Shown piece by piece: positions 35,372 through 45,093 of a stretch of DNA of 64,000 nt. Under the pieces are notes generated by a model. The model was given only the letters and a program-made list of their open reading frames with translations. It did no database searches and was not told the origin of the DNA. Both the position numbers and the translations under genes were made by a program. The stretch comes from Vulcanimicrobiales bacterium (GTDB lineage: Bacteria; Vulcanimicrobiota; Vulcanimicrobiia; Vulcanimicrobiales; Vulcanimicrobiaceae): assembly GCA_038215615.1 (NCBI GenBank), contig JBBQQR010000010.1, forward strand, positions 9,629 to 73,628. Reading direction: 5' to 3'. How positions within the stretch are numbered: the stretch's first letter is position 1; each line of letters opens with the position of its first letter.

Positions 35372-36685
35372 GTGATCCGCATCGTTATTTTGGGTGGCGG
35401 TTTTGCGGCGATCGGCGCGGCCCAGCGGCTAGAGCGCATCTTGCGGCCCGAGCATGCCGAATTAACGCTGATCAGCCGGGAGAATTTCTCGCTCTTTACG
35501 CCGATGCTGCCCGAAGTGAGCTCGGGCGCGCTCGGCACGCGCGACATCGTGACGCCGATTCGAGCGCAACTGCGGCGCACGCATTTCGTTTTGGCCGACG
35601 TCACGGGCGTCGATGTTTCGAAACGCGAAGTGTCTTACGCGCATACGTTGACCGGCGTGACGGAACGGATTGGTTACGATCAACTCGTGATAACGACCGG
35701 CGCCTCGACTTCAACCTTCGGGTTGCCGGGCATCGCGGAGCGCGTCTTCGCGCTCAAGACGTTGGAAGATGCCGCCATCTTACGGAACCGCTTCATTTGG
35801 CTGCTCGAACTTGCCGACGACGCCGGCGAGGTCGAACGTAAGAAGTTACTGACGCTGGTGGTCGTCGGCGGCGGTTTCACGGGCGTCGAGACGACGGGCG
35901 AGATGGCCGAGCTCTTTCGCAACGTCGAGCGCTTTTATCCGCACGTGCGGGCGGGCGACGTGCGCATCGTCTTGATCGAAGGCGGTGCGACGCTGCTGCC
36001 CGGGCTTCCGGCGCGCATGGGATCGTATGCCGAGAAATTTCTGCGCAAACGCGGCGTCGAGGTCGTAACGGGCGACGGCGTGCGCCGCGCCGACGACGAA
36101 GGGATCGAATTGATAAGCGGCCGGCGGATCGAAACGCGCACAATCGTGTGGAGCGCCGGCATAAAACCGCGCGTGCTCGCCGGCGCCGAGGCGCTACCTC
36201 GCGCGAAAAATGGCGCGATTCTCGTAAATGCCGACATGAGCGTTCCGGGTTTTACCGGTATTTGGGCGTGCGGCGACTGCGCTGCGGTACCGGATGGAAC
36301 GGGCAAGTTTTATCCCCCCACCGCGCAGCATGCGATCCGCGAAGCCCCGCTGCTCGCCCAGAATGTGGTTGCGGCGATGCGGGGAGAAGCGACGCGGCCA
36401 TTCCAGTACACGTCGCTCGGCATGATGGCTTCGCTGGGTGCGCGCAAAGCGGTCGCGCAGCTGCCCGGCGACCGGGTGCTGACCGGTTTTCTTGCGTGGT
36501 TCCTCTGGCGGACGTACTACTTGGCCCGTCTGCCGGGGTTGGATCGCAAGCTGCGCGTCGCATTCGACTGGACGCTCGAACTGCTCTTCCCGCGCGACAT
36601 CTCCGAACTTCGTGTCTACACGCGGCGCGCGCAGTCCAGCGCGGCAGCGGACGCGGGGCTTCTCCCGCGCGACGAGAATCCGTAA
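35372..36685 (+). CDS. ndh: Type II NADH dehydrogenase
   Basis: ILGGGFA, FTPMLPEV, VVGGGFTGVE, WSAG, GDCA, PPTAQHA, GMMASLG. Confidence 0.9.
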   Translation: MIRIVILGGGFAAIGAAQRLERILRPEHAELTLISRENFSLFTPMLPEVSSGALGTRDIVTPIRAQLRRTHFVLADVTGVDVSKREVSYAHTLTGVTERIGYDQLVITTGASTSTFGLPGIAERVFALKTLEDAAILRNRFIWLLELADDAGEVERKKLLTLVVVGGGFTGVETTGEMAELFRNVERFYPHVRAGDVRIVLIEGGATLLPGLPARMGSYAEKFLRKRGVEVVTGDGVRRADDEGIELISGRRIETRTIVWSAGIKPRVLAGAEALPRAKNGAILVNADMSVPGFTGIWACGDCAAVPDGTGKFYPPTAQHAIREAPLLAQNVVAAMRGEATRPFQYTSLGMMASLGARKAVAQLPGDRVLTGFLAWFLWRTYYLARLPGLDRKLRVAFDWTLELLFPRDISELRVYTRRAQSSAAADAGLLPRDENP

Positions 36686-36688
36686 AAC

Positions 36689-38086
36689 GTGGAATTGAAA
36701 GAGCCGATCGGGCAGCTCATCCGCGACCCGCGCGAATTCACGAAAGATCTGAAGTTCCCCGATCCGGCCGAAATTCGTATTTACGACGAAACGCTGCGCG
36801 ACGGCGAGCAGATGCCGGGCGTCTGTTATACGCCCGAGCAGAAACGCGACATCGCCAAGCAGTTGGCGGAGATCGGCGTGCATGTCATGAGCGTCGGCTT
36901 CCCCGCCGCGTCGGCCGGCGATCGGAAGACGCTTCAGCTGGTGATGGAATCGAAGCGCCGCGGCGAGCTGGGCAACGTGGAAATTGTCGTCATGTGCCGC
37001 AGCAACCCCAAAGACATCGACGTTACGGCGAAAACGTTGGAAGAGGTGGGCATCTCACCCTCGGAGGTAACCTTCTTCATCTTTACGAGCGGAAGCGACT
37101 TGCATCTGAAGTATAAGATCGGCAAGACGCTGTTGAAGTTGGAGGGCCGCGACGAACGCGAGTGGCTCGAACTGCCGCTTGAGTTTTACCGCGAAGCGAA
37201 CATCAAGTTGCAATGCGATGCGATCCGGTACGCGCGCAGCCGCGGTGTGACGAGCATCGAATTCGGCGCGGAGGACGGCAGCCGAGGCGACGTCGATTAT
37301 TTCATTCGCTATTTCAAGCGCAGCTTGGAAGCCGGCGGGGACCGTCCGGCATGGCCGGATACCGTCGGCTGTTTAACCCCGGAGGCGGCGCGCTGGTACT
37401 GCTCGCGCATCGTGGATGCGATGCCGCCGGGCTTGCCGATGGTCTGTCACTTTCACAACGACTACGGTTTGGGCACGATCAACGCAATCACGGCGGTATC
37501 GTGCGGTTTCAAGGTCGTGTCTGTGACCGCCAACGGGTACGGCGAGCGCGCGGGCAATGTAAAGCTGCACGAGTTCGTGACGGCCCTCAACGTCTTGTAC
37601 GGCATCGAAATTCCCGGGTTCAAATACGATAAACTGCGCGCCCTCGCGCGTTTCATGGAACGCATGAGCGGCGTCCCGATGCAGCCGCACGAGCCGATCG
37701 TCGGTTCGAAAGTCTTCGCGCACGAATCGGGTATCCACACACAAGCGATGCTGATCGACCGGCGCATGTACGAGGCCGTTCCGGCCGGATTGGTCGGCGG
37801 CGAGATTTCTTGGATCTTCGGCAAACATTCGGGCGTAGCGCTCGTCAAGGATACGCTGCGCAAACATGCGGCGGAGCTCACCGCACGAGACGTCGAACCT
37901 TCCGACGAGCTCGCGCAGCGCGTGACCGACGAAATCAAACGTTTGCGCGAAGAACGTGCGGCGAGCAGCAAGAGCGAAGAGACCATCGAGACGTACGAGC
38001 GGGCAATGGGGAAGCTGTCGCTGGATGAAGCTGACGTCGTCGAGATCGCGGCCGCGATAGGAGCGCCGAGGACCGCTACGCGCTAA
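36689..38086 (+). CDS. DRE-TIM metallolyase (isopropylmalate/homocitrate/citramalate synthase family)
   Basis: DETLRDGEQ, PDTVG, HFHNDYGLG, GYGERAGN, FAHESGIH, GKHSG; no LeuA regulatory domain recognised. Confidence 0.85.
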   Translation: MELKEPIGQLIRDPREFTKDLKFPDPAEIRIYDETLRDGEQMPGVCYTPEQKRDIAKQLAEIGVHVMSVGFPAASAGDRKTLQLVMESKRRGELGNVEIVVMCRSNPKDIDVTAKTLEEVGISPSEVTFFIFTSGSDLHLKYKIGKTLLKLEGRDEREWLELPLEFYREANIKLQCDAIRYARSRGVTSIEFGAEDGSRGDVDYFIRYFKRSLEAGGDRPAWPDTVGCLTPEAARWYCSRIVDAMPPGLPMVCHFHNDYGLGTINAITAVSCGFKVVSVTANGYGERAGNVKLHEFVTALNVLYGIEIPGFKYDKLRALARFMERMSGVPMQPHEPIVGSKVFAHESGIHTQAMLIDRRMYEAVPAGLVGGEISWIFGKHSGVALVKDTLRKHAAELTARDVEPSDELAQRVTDEIKRLREERAASSKSEETIETYERAMGKLSLDEADVVEIAAAIGAPRTATR

Positions 38087-38124
38087 GCCCTTGTCAAAAT
38101 GCGAATTCGTCGTGATAGCGATGC

Positions 38125-38289
38125 GTGCAGTTCAGCAAGTACGCGATCGAACAGATGCGCCGGCGTCGCATCCCTGAATCGGATGCTGCGGTGGTCGCCG
38201 CTTGGCCATCCGTGGTGATTGAAGGGCGTAATGGTACAAAAACCTGTTACGGGCAAGGACCCGCATGCGGCTATCGCAGACTGGCGTAA
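38125..38289 (+). pseudogene. Short, probably degenerate DUF4258-like toxin (54 aa)
   Basis: Below the ORF-track cutoff; GTG 38125: MQFSKYAIEQMRRRRIPESDAAVVAAWPSVVIEGRNGTKTCYGQGPACGYRRLA*; N-terminus resembles the DUF4258 FSxHAxxxMxxRxI pattern. Confidence 0.5.
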
Positions 38290-38302
38290 ATAGGGGAATG
38301 TG

Positions 38303-38551
38303 ATGACGCATCCGATCGATGTCCGGATTGACGACGAAGCCGGCGCTGCTTACATCACGTACGTGAAAGGCGAGGTCGCCGAAACAGTCGAGGTTTGGGA
38401 GGAAGGGTCGGTCGCCGCTGACGTTGACTCGAGCGGGAGCATCTTGGGTATCGAAGTGCTCGGTTTCGATGAAGAGATTCTTTCGCGTGCGCGTGCTTTT
38501 GCGAGCGAAAACGACCTCGTTTTCCCGGCGCGGCTGGGTTCCCACGATTAA
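38303..38551 (+). CDS. DUF2283-like antitoxin
   Basis: DDEAGAAYITY, AETVEV, ADVDSSGSILGIEVL; acidic; AGGGGA RBS. Confidence 0.75.
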   Translation: MTHPIDVRIDDEAGAAYITYVKGEVAETVEVWEEGSVAADVDSSGSILGIEVLGFDEEILSRARAFASENDLVFPARLGSHD

Positions 38552-38554
38552 ATC

Positions 38555-39391
38555 TTAGGCTTTTGCATCGGCGACGGCGCCCATTCGAAACGCGGCTACA
38601 AAGGCTTTAAACACCGTCGGATAATCGTCGCTCGTGAAGCGCACGGTGCGCGGCGCCGTTCGTTCGAACTGCGGAATCAGTGCGACCCAATCGGCTTGCT
38701 CTACTCGCGCAAGATCGATTTCGAGCACGATCGGCGGCTCGACCACGAAGGGACGTGCATTTTTTATCGAGCGCATCGCTTTAGCGGCGCCCTCGCGGAT
38801 GGCGTCTTGCGCGGCTACGGGCGAGAGCGAGTCGACGGCGTAGTTTCCGATGCTCTCTTTAACAATAACGCCTGTAATCCAAGGCATTTGCGCCTTTGCC
38901 GTTTCGATCGTCGCGCGATCCCCCGTTATGAGGAGGACCGGAACCCCGCAATGTCCGGCAAGCGCCGCGTTCAGCGTAGCTTCGCTGCAGCGCATACCGT
39001 TGAGGCGCACGTCGTACACGACCGACGGCGTGTAGGTGTGGCAAAGCGTCGCGTTTGGTTCGCCGGCCGCACCATGGTAGCCGGTGAAGAAAACGCCGTC
39101 GAATTCAGCGTTCAAGCCTTCGTTCATCGAAAACGGCTTCCGGTTGCCGAAAATGACGCGGGCATTCTCCGGCAACTCATCGAGCAGGAGATTTCGCATG
39201 GGCCCGTGCGAATCGTTGATCGTGAAATCGAGCGCGCCGCCTTTGCGCGCCCCTTCGATTGCGGCGCATACTTCGGCGGTCATAACCTTTTGGTAGATAA
39301 AATAATCGGGCGTGTAATTTCGCGCATCGACCTGATCCCACGAGCAGACGCCGGCCGTGCCCTCCATGTCCGCGGAAATATAGATTTTCAT
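38555..39391 (-). CDS. dppA: M55 D-aminopeptidase (DppA family), copy 2
   Basis: KIYISADMEG, NDSHG, GYHG, HTY, TGD. Confidence 0.9.
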   Translation of the reverse strand: MKIYISADMEGTAGVCSWDQVDARNYTPDYFIYQKVMTAEVCAAIEGARKGGALDFTINDSHGPMRNLLLDELPENARVIFGNRKPFSMNEGLNAEFDGVFFTGYHGAAGEPNATLCHTYTPSVVYDVRLNGMRCSEATLNAALAGHCGVPVLLITGDRATIETAKAQMPWITGVIVKESIGNYAVDSLSPVAAQDAIREGAAKAMRSIKNARPFVVEPPIVLEIDLARVEQADWVALIPQFERTAPRTVRFTSDDYPTVFKAFVAAFRMGAVADAKA

Positions 39392-40221
39392 GCGAGCACG
39401 TTCGCGGCGCCGCCGAGCCGGAAGGCCGCGGTAAAGGCGCGGAAGATGTCGGGATAATTATCGGCTTCGAACCGGACCGTGCGCCCGTTTATGCGCTGAT
39501 AGCCCGGCATCAGTTCGATGAAATCGGCTTGCTCCGCGCGCGCCGTGTCGATTTCCAGCGTCAATGGCGCTTCGAACGTGAACGGCTTGGCCTTGGATGC
39601 GTCTTTTACCGCCTGCGCGGCTGCATCGCGGATCGCGGCGCATGCGGCTTGGGGTGTCATCGAGTCGGCGGCGTAATGGCCGATGCCTTCCTTGACGATC
39701 GTGCCGGTCACCCACGGCATGTGCCCCGTTACGTGTTCGACGACGACGCGGTCCCCGGTGACGAGCAACAGCGGAATGCCGTGGTAGCCGGCCATCGCGG
39801 CGTTCAGGAGTGCTTCGCTGCATTCGACACCGTTAACGCGCACGTTATAGATCGTTTCTCCGGTATACGTGTGCGCCAGAACGCCGTCGCGGTCGCCTAC
39901 TTTGGCATGGTAGCCCGTGAACATGGCGCCGGCGAAGCCCGCTCCGAGGCCTTGCGTCATCGAGAGTGGTTTACGGCCGCCGGAAATAACGCGCACGCCG
40001 GCGGGCATTTCGTCCCAGAGCACGTTGCGCATATCCCAATGCGAGTCGTTCACAACGATCTCCGACGCGCCGCCTTTACGCGCGCCGTCGATTGCGGCGC
40101 GCACTTCCCGCGACATGTAGCGGCGGTAGATCGGGTACTCGTGCGTATTGGACGGATCGCATTGCATCCAACTACAGACGGCGGCCGTGCCTTCCATGTC
40201 GCACGAGATGTAGATTCGCAT
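39388..40221 (-). CDS. dppA: M55 D-aminopeptidase (DppA family), copy 1
   Basis: RIYISCDMEG, NDSHW, GYHA, HTY, TGD; ATGA-coupled to copy 2. Confidence 0.9.
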   Translation of the reverse strand: MRIYISCDMEGTAAVCSWMQCDPSNTHEYPIYRRYMSREVRAAIDGARKGGASEIVVNDSHWDMRNVLWDEMPAGVRVISGGRKPLSMTQGLGAGFAGAMFTGYHAKVGDRDGVLAHTYTGETIYNVRVNGVECSEALLNAAMAGYHGIPLLLVTGDRVVVEHVTGHMPWVTGTIVKEGIGHYAADSMTPQAACAAIRDAAAQAVKDASKAKPFTFEAPLTLEIDTARAEQADFIELMPGYQRINGRTVRFEADNYPDIFRAFTAAFRLGGAANVLA

Positions 40222-40662
40222 TTACTGCGTTTCTTTCAGCCCGGCGCGCGCCTCGCTGAGACCCTCGCGCGCGGCGACGTTCTGCGGATTCGCCGCGAGC
40301 GCGCGAACGTAGTAGGGAATCGCGTCGCTATATTTTTCAACCGCGAGATAGAGATCGCCCAATTGCGTGAGCGCAACGTCGTCTTTGGGCGAACGCGCGA
40401 TACGGGCGCGCAATTCTTGCAGTTGGACGCGCACCGTCGCGGGCGGGCCACCCTGGACGTTCACGGAGGGCGGTCCGGCAGTCTCATTCGGTGCCGGAGC
40501 CTGCGCGGCGACTCCCGTTCCGGTGCCGAAAACGGAGCCGCCGGTAGCAAAGCCCTGCTTGAGCAGCCATCCGATGGCTCCTAAGAAAAGCACCGCGATA
40601 ACGACGACGATGGGAAGATAGATGCGCGGCGGCAGTCCGCGCTTGGGAGCGGCAATCACCAA
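40222..40662 (-). CDS. Membrane-anchored TPR protein
   Basis: One TM followed by ALTQLGDLYLAVEKYSDAIPYYVRALAANP. Confidence 0.8.
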   Translation of the reverse strand: MVIAAPKRGLPPRIYLPIVVVIAVLFLGAIGWLLKQGFATGGSVFGTGTGVAAQAPAPNETAGPPSVNVQGGPPATVRVQLQELRARIARSPKDDVALTQLGDLYLAVEKYSDAIPYYVRALAANPQNVAAREGLSEARAGLKETQ

Positions 40663-40695
40663 GAAACGGTTGGACGAACGGCGAACAAACTCTTC

Positions 40696-41238
40696 GTGCC
40701 GACGGAAACCGAGCTCCAGCTGCTCTTTGCCGAATTAAACAATTATTATTTCAACGGCGAAACGCCCGTTTGCCGCATTCGCTATAACTCGCGCTTTTCG
40801 AACTCCGCCGGACGCATTACGTACAGCACCAGACCGGTGCTGATCGAACTTTCGGTCAAACATTTTCGCGAGCACCCCGAAGCGCTGCGCGAAACTCTGC
40901 TGCACGAAATGATCCACGCCTGGCTCTACGACCGCACGGGCGATACCGGACACGGCGCGGAGTTTCGAAAGAAGATGGCCGAGTGCGGGCTGACCTCGAT
41001 CTATCACGATCTTGGCAACATGAAACCGTTCAACGAGTCGGCCAAGCGTTACATACTGCGCTGCGAACAGTGTGCGCTCGAAATCCTCCGGCGCCGCTTA
41101 CCTCGCGCGGCCATGAGCTGCGGCCGCTGCAGCAAGCAAGGATACGATCCGCGTTTTCCGCTTACGCTGCTCGAAGTCACAGAGACACGCGAGCTGGGCA
41201 TGACCGTTCCGCGTGCGGCGTTTAAGTCGCAGCCTTAG
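40696..41238 (+). CDS. SprT-like zinc metalloprotease
   Basis: LNNYYFNG, AG, TLLHEMIH, GHGAEF, CEQC...CGRC zinc ribbon. Confidence 0.88.
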   Translation: MPTETELQLLFAELNNYYFNGETPVCRIRYNSRFSNSAGRITYSTRPVLIELSVKHFREHPEALRETLLHEMIHAWLYDRTGDTGHGAEFRKKMAECGLTSIYHDLGNMKPFNESAKRYILRCEQCALEILRRRLPRAAMSCGRCSKQGYDPRFPLTLLEVTETRELGMTVPRAAFKSQP

Positions 41239-41277
41239 ACCCTAGCGACAAGCCGCTGAGCGCGTGATAGAGTAAGT

Positions 41278-41541
41278 ATGAGGAAAGACGTGACGGCACA
41301 ACCCATGGAAATACGCATGGCCCGCCTGGAAGGCGCCTACGAGCAGATCCGGGACTGTCTTAACGGTATCGATCTGCGCTTGATTTCCATCGAGCAAAGA
41401 CTCGATGCTACTTGCGATATGCTGCTTACCCGAATAGATTCGCCGCAGGCGAGCATGGACCGCAAGTTTCTCTGGCTTATGGGTCTGGTGATGGTGTCCA
41501 TCATTTTGCCGCTCGTTGGGCGGTTCGTCCCTCGCCCCTAG
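41278..41541 (+). CDS. Small coiled-coil protein with a C-terminal TM
   Basis: RMARLEGAYEQI...RLISIEQRLD heptads, then KFLWLMGLVMVSIILPL. Confidence 0.6.
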   Translation: MRKDVTAQPMEIRMARLEGAYEQIRDCLNGIDLRLISIEQRLDATCDMLLTRIDSPQASMDRKFLWLMGLVMVSIILPLVGRFVPRP

Positions 41542-41599
41542 TATCGCGCTCCGACCTTTATAGAGGCAGAACCCTAGCCTCAAGCGAGAAGATAGGGGC

Positions 41600-43000
41600 G
41601 TGAAGACACGCACCGAGTCCGACTCCATGGGCCAAATCGCGGTTCCCAGCGACAAATATTACGGCGCCCAGTCCGCCCGCTCGCTCGTCCATTTCGATAT
41701 CGGCGACGGCGAATCGCCGCGCGACGTTATGCCGCGCCAGGTTATCCGGGCGATGGCGACGCTGAAAAAGGCTGCCGCGATGGTTAACCGCGACCTCGGC
41801 AAATTGGCGGACGAAAAGGCCAAACTGATCGTGGAAGCGGCCGACGAGGTTATCGCCGGCAAGCTCGAGGGGCATTTCCCGCTGCGCGTTTGGCAAACCG
41901 GATCCGGCACGCAGACCAACATGAACGTCAACGAAGTGATCTCCAACCGGGCGATTGAGATCGCCGGCGGCGAGATGGGCAGCAAGAAACCCGTTCATCC
42001 CAACGACGACGTCAACATGTCGCAATCTTCCAACGACACGTTTCCGACCGCCATGCACATGGCTGCTGCGCAAGCCATGTCCGGTATGCTGCCTGCCGTT
42101 AAAAAACTGCGCGATGCGCTCGACGCTAAATCCAAAGAATGGATGGGGATTGTCAAAGTGGGGCGTACGCATCTGCAAGATGCGACGCCGATAACGCTTG
42201 GCCAAGAATTCTCCGGCTACGTGACACAGCTCGATCGCGCGATGGCGGCGTGCAAAGCTGCGCTCGATCCGCTATTCGATCTAGCGATTGGAGGTACGGC
42301 TGTCGGCACGGGTCTCAATGCGCACCCCGAGTTTGGCGAACGCGTTGCCAAGAGGATCGCGGAACTCACGAGCTTACCGTTCCGCTCGCATCCGAACAAG
42401 TTCACCGCCCTGGCATCGCACGACGACTTCGTCTTCGCCTCGGGAGCGCTCAAGACGCTGGGTGCAGCTTTAATGAAGATCGCCAACGATATCCGCTGGC
42501 TGGCGTCGGGACCGCGCGCCGGGATCGGCGAGCTGACGCTTCCCGAGAACGAACCAGGCTCTTCGATCATGCCGGGAAAGGTCAATCCGACGCAATCCGA
42601 GGCGATGACCATGGTCGTCGTCCAAGTCTACGGCAACGATCTCGCGATCAGCTTCGGCGCCTCGCAGGGCAACTTCGAACTCAACGTGTTCAACCCGGTG
42701 ATGATCTACAATTTCTTGCACTCATGCACGCTGCTGCGCGATACGTGCACGATGTTCCGCGAACACGCCGTGGAGGGCTTGACCGCGAACGAGGACACGA
42801 TCGCGAAGTATCTCCAGGAGTCGCTCATGACCGTTACCGCGCTGGCGCCAAGAATCGGCTACGATAAAGCCGCCGAGATAGCCAAGCACGCGCACCATCA
42901 CAAGACGACGCTCAAAGAAGCGGCGGTAGGTTTAGGGCATGTGAGCGCGGAGGATTTCGATAAATACGTCGTGCCGCACGAGATGACGAAACCGAAGTAA
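41600..43000 (+). CDS. fumC: Class II fumarate hydratase
   Basis: [41 protein letters not shown]. Confidence 0.97.
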   Translation: MKTRTESDSMGQIAVPSDKYYGAQSARSLVHFDIGDGESPRDVMPRQVIRAMATLKKAAAMVNRDLGKLADEKAKLIVEAADEVIAGKLEGHFPLRVWQTGSGTQTNMNVNEVISNRAIEIAGGEMGSKKPVHPNDDVNMSQSSNDTFPTAMHMAAAQAMSGMLPAVKKLRDALDAKSKEWMGIVKVGRTHLQDATPITLGQEFSGYVTQLDRAMAACKAALDPLFDLAIGGTAVGTGLNAHPEFGERVAKRIAELTSLPFRSHPNKFTALASHDDFVFASGALKTLGAALMKIANDIRWLASGPRAGIGELTLPENEPGSSIMPGKVNPTQSEAMTMVVVQVYGNDLAISFGASQGNFELNVFNPVMIYNFLHSCTLLRDTCTMFREHAVEGLTANEDTIAKYLQESLMTVTALAPRIGYDKAAEIAKHAHHHKTTLKEAAVGLGHVSAEDFDKYVVPHEMTKPK

Positions 43001-43011
43001 TCTAGTTATTG

Positions 43012-44190
43012 CTAATCAGAACGATCATGCAAGCGTCGCGCGTCGCGTGCGTCCGACAGCTTGCCTCCCGGTTCGATGTTGAAGCGCCGGTCGCGCCAGG
43101 CAATCTCCTTGGCGAAGAAGGCCCCCAGCCAGGTCGCAAACACGAACGCATCTGCGGCGGGAATGAGCCAAGGCGACAATCTGGTTTCGGGCGCAAATGT
43201 TTTTCTTGACTCTCGTTGGACCATGACCCGCACCGTGACGGCGGCTGCCAACATCGCTCCGGCGATCGGGGTCCGCGTAAGCAGTGTCGAGATCGCGGCC
43301 AGCGGCAAGACGTAGGTGACAAGCGAGCCCGCAAAGCCGCGCGGCCGTGCGGCGAGGACCGTCCGCTGCCAGCGGAGGTGATGCAGCCAAAGCGTTTTGA
43401 AATCAGCGTCGGCAACCGTCATTCGAGCGATGTACGGGCAGAGTGCAACCCTGAAGCCCGCCTTGGTAACGAGCTGACCGAGCATGAAATCGTCGGCCAG
43501 ATGTTGGCCCAGCGCAGCCAGGCCACCGATGTCATCGAGGACGTCGCGGCGCACGGCCATCGTGGCGCCGAAACAATATTCAAGCGGCTCGATCATCAGC
43601 GCTACCAGTACCGACGGCATGAAATGCTCGTTCACGACCGCGGCGCCGAGCTCGGTGACCGTGCCGCCGGAGGGAACGCCGGCATATAAGCAGGTTGCCG
43701 CGCCCACCTTGGAATCGGCGAACGCCCCCGCGACGGCGCTCAGGTAGTCTGCGCCGACCTGAATGTCGCTGTCGACAACGACGAGCAGATCGTGTTTGGC
43801 TTGGCCGATCATACCTTGCAGGTTTTCGACTTTTGGGTTAGCCGAGTGCGGCGCGGGGCCGGCCGCGACGACGCAAAGGTCGACGTCGGGAAACTCACGC
43901 ACCAGCCGGCGCGCGACGTCGAGGGCCGGATCGCGCTCGTCGCGCGAGCCGAAGACCACTTGATAACGCGGGTATGACTGCGTGCAGAAAGAGCGCAAGT
44001 TTTCATACAACTGCGGTTCGTCGCCGTGCAGCGGTTTCATGATCGTTACGGGCGGCTGCGATTGCACGGGTCGCGCGGCGCGGTTGCGAAAGCGGCGCAT
44101 CCCGACGACCTCAGCCGCGGTGTATGCCAGGCCCGCCGCCGTTAGCGCGTATCCGGCCAGCGCCGCGACGTTGCGCAGTTTACATGTCAC
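43012..44190 (-). CDS. hpnI: Bacteriohopanetetrol glucosamine glycosyltransferase (GT2/GT21-like)
   Basis: KPLHG, NPKVENL, DSD, GATM, LADDF.LG, LRW; hopanoid context. Confidence 0.85.
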   Translation of the reverse strand: MTCKLRNVAALAGYALTAAGLAYTAAEVVGMRRFRNRAARPVQSQPPVTIMKPLHGDEPQLYENLRSFCTQSYPRYQVVFGSRDERDPALDVARRLVREFPDVDLCVVAAGPAPHSANPKVENLQGMIGQAKHDLLVVVDSDIQVGADYLSAVAGAFADSKVGAATCLYAGVPSGGTVTELGAAVVNEHFMPSVLVALMIEPLEYCFGATMAVRRDVLDDIGGLAALGQHLADDFMLGQLVTKAGFRVALCPYIARMTVADADFKTLWLHHLRWQRTVLAARPRGFAGSLVTYVLPLAAISTLLTRTPIAGAMLAAAVTVRVMVQRESRKTFAPETRLSPWLIPAADAFVFATWLGAFFAKEIAWRDRRFNIEPGGKLSDARDARRLHDRSD

Positions 44191-45058
44191 GACGTGCCAA
44201 CTCCGAAAATGTCACCGGCTCTACATCTGAGCCGCGCAACCGCTCCAGCACGTGCGGATCCGTAAGCGCTGCGAATTCGCCGGCGTAGTCGGCATCCGGC
44301 GGATCTGCGGAATCGAATCGAGCGGTCGCGGGATGCGAATAGATCTCAGAAACTCCCGGCGGGAGCGCCGCAATGTATTGCTCCACGAGTGCCGCATTCA
44401 TGTGGCCGGTGTCTATCATGCCGAACACATAGTCGTTGGCGTCAAAGCCCGCGGCGCGTACGCGCCGTTTCATCAGCGCCATCCAGGGCGCCAGCGAAGC
44501 GCTTTGCATGAAACGCGCGCGCAAATGCGTGCGCGTCGCGCGCCAGGCCGGCCCGAACGGCTCGTAAGGAACGCGGATCGCCCTCAATCCGAACTCGTGC
44601 CCCACTTTCATCAGAAGCGAAAGAATCGTGGGATGCACGTGCATGTGATTCTGCGCGTTTGCATGATCGAGCGCGAGCCCGGTCTGGGCAAAGAGACGGA
44701 ATTGCTCGCGGATCTCCGCCTCGAGCTGTGTCCGGATCCCGGGTTTAAAAAAATACCGCACACCCGTCGCCAAGAGATCGCTGGAAAAACGTCCATTCGT
44801 GCCAACGAGGCCGGGAACGCGCGACGGCGGGAGCGCCGGCCGCCCATTGACGAGCACGACATGTAAGCCGACGCGCAAGTTGGGCAGGCGGCGAGCGCGC
44901 GCAACCGCGTCGGCGGTCTGCGGGGCCGCAACCATCAGGCTGGCCGTCGAGAGGATCCCGCGCACGTGCGCCTGTTCGACGGCTTCATTCACGGGAATGG
45001 CCAATCCGAAATCGTCCGCGGTCACAATCAGCCGGCGCACCGCCGCTTCATTCACCAA
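44180..45058 (-). CDS. hpnK: Hopanoid-associated deacetylase (YdjC family)
   Basis: LIVTADDFG, ASLMV, VGLH, NHMHVHP, EIYSHP; adjacent to hpnI. Confidence 0.87.
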   Translation of the reverse strand: MVNEAAVRRLIVTADDFGLAIPVNEAVEQAHVRGILSTASLMVAAPQTADAVARARRLPNLRVGLHVVLVNGRPALPPSRVPGLVGTNGRFSSDLLATGVRYFFKPGIRTQLEAEIREQFRLFAQTGLALDHANAQNHMHVHPTILSLLMKVGHEFGLRAIRVPYEPFGPAWRATRTHLRARFMQSASLAPWMALMKRRVRAAGFDANDYVFGMIDTGHMNAALVEQYIAALPPGVSEIYSHPATARFDSADPPDADYAGEFAALTDPHVLERLRGSDVEPVTFSELARRDM

Positions 45059-45093
45059 GGAACTCTCGCGACCATCGAAGGAAGGCTGAAACG

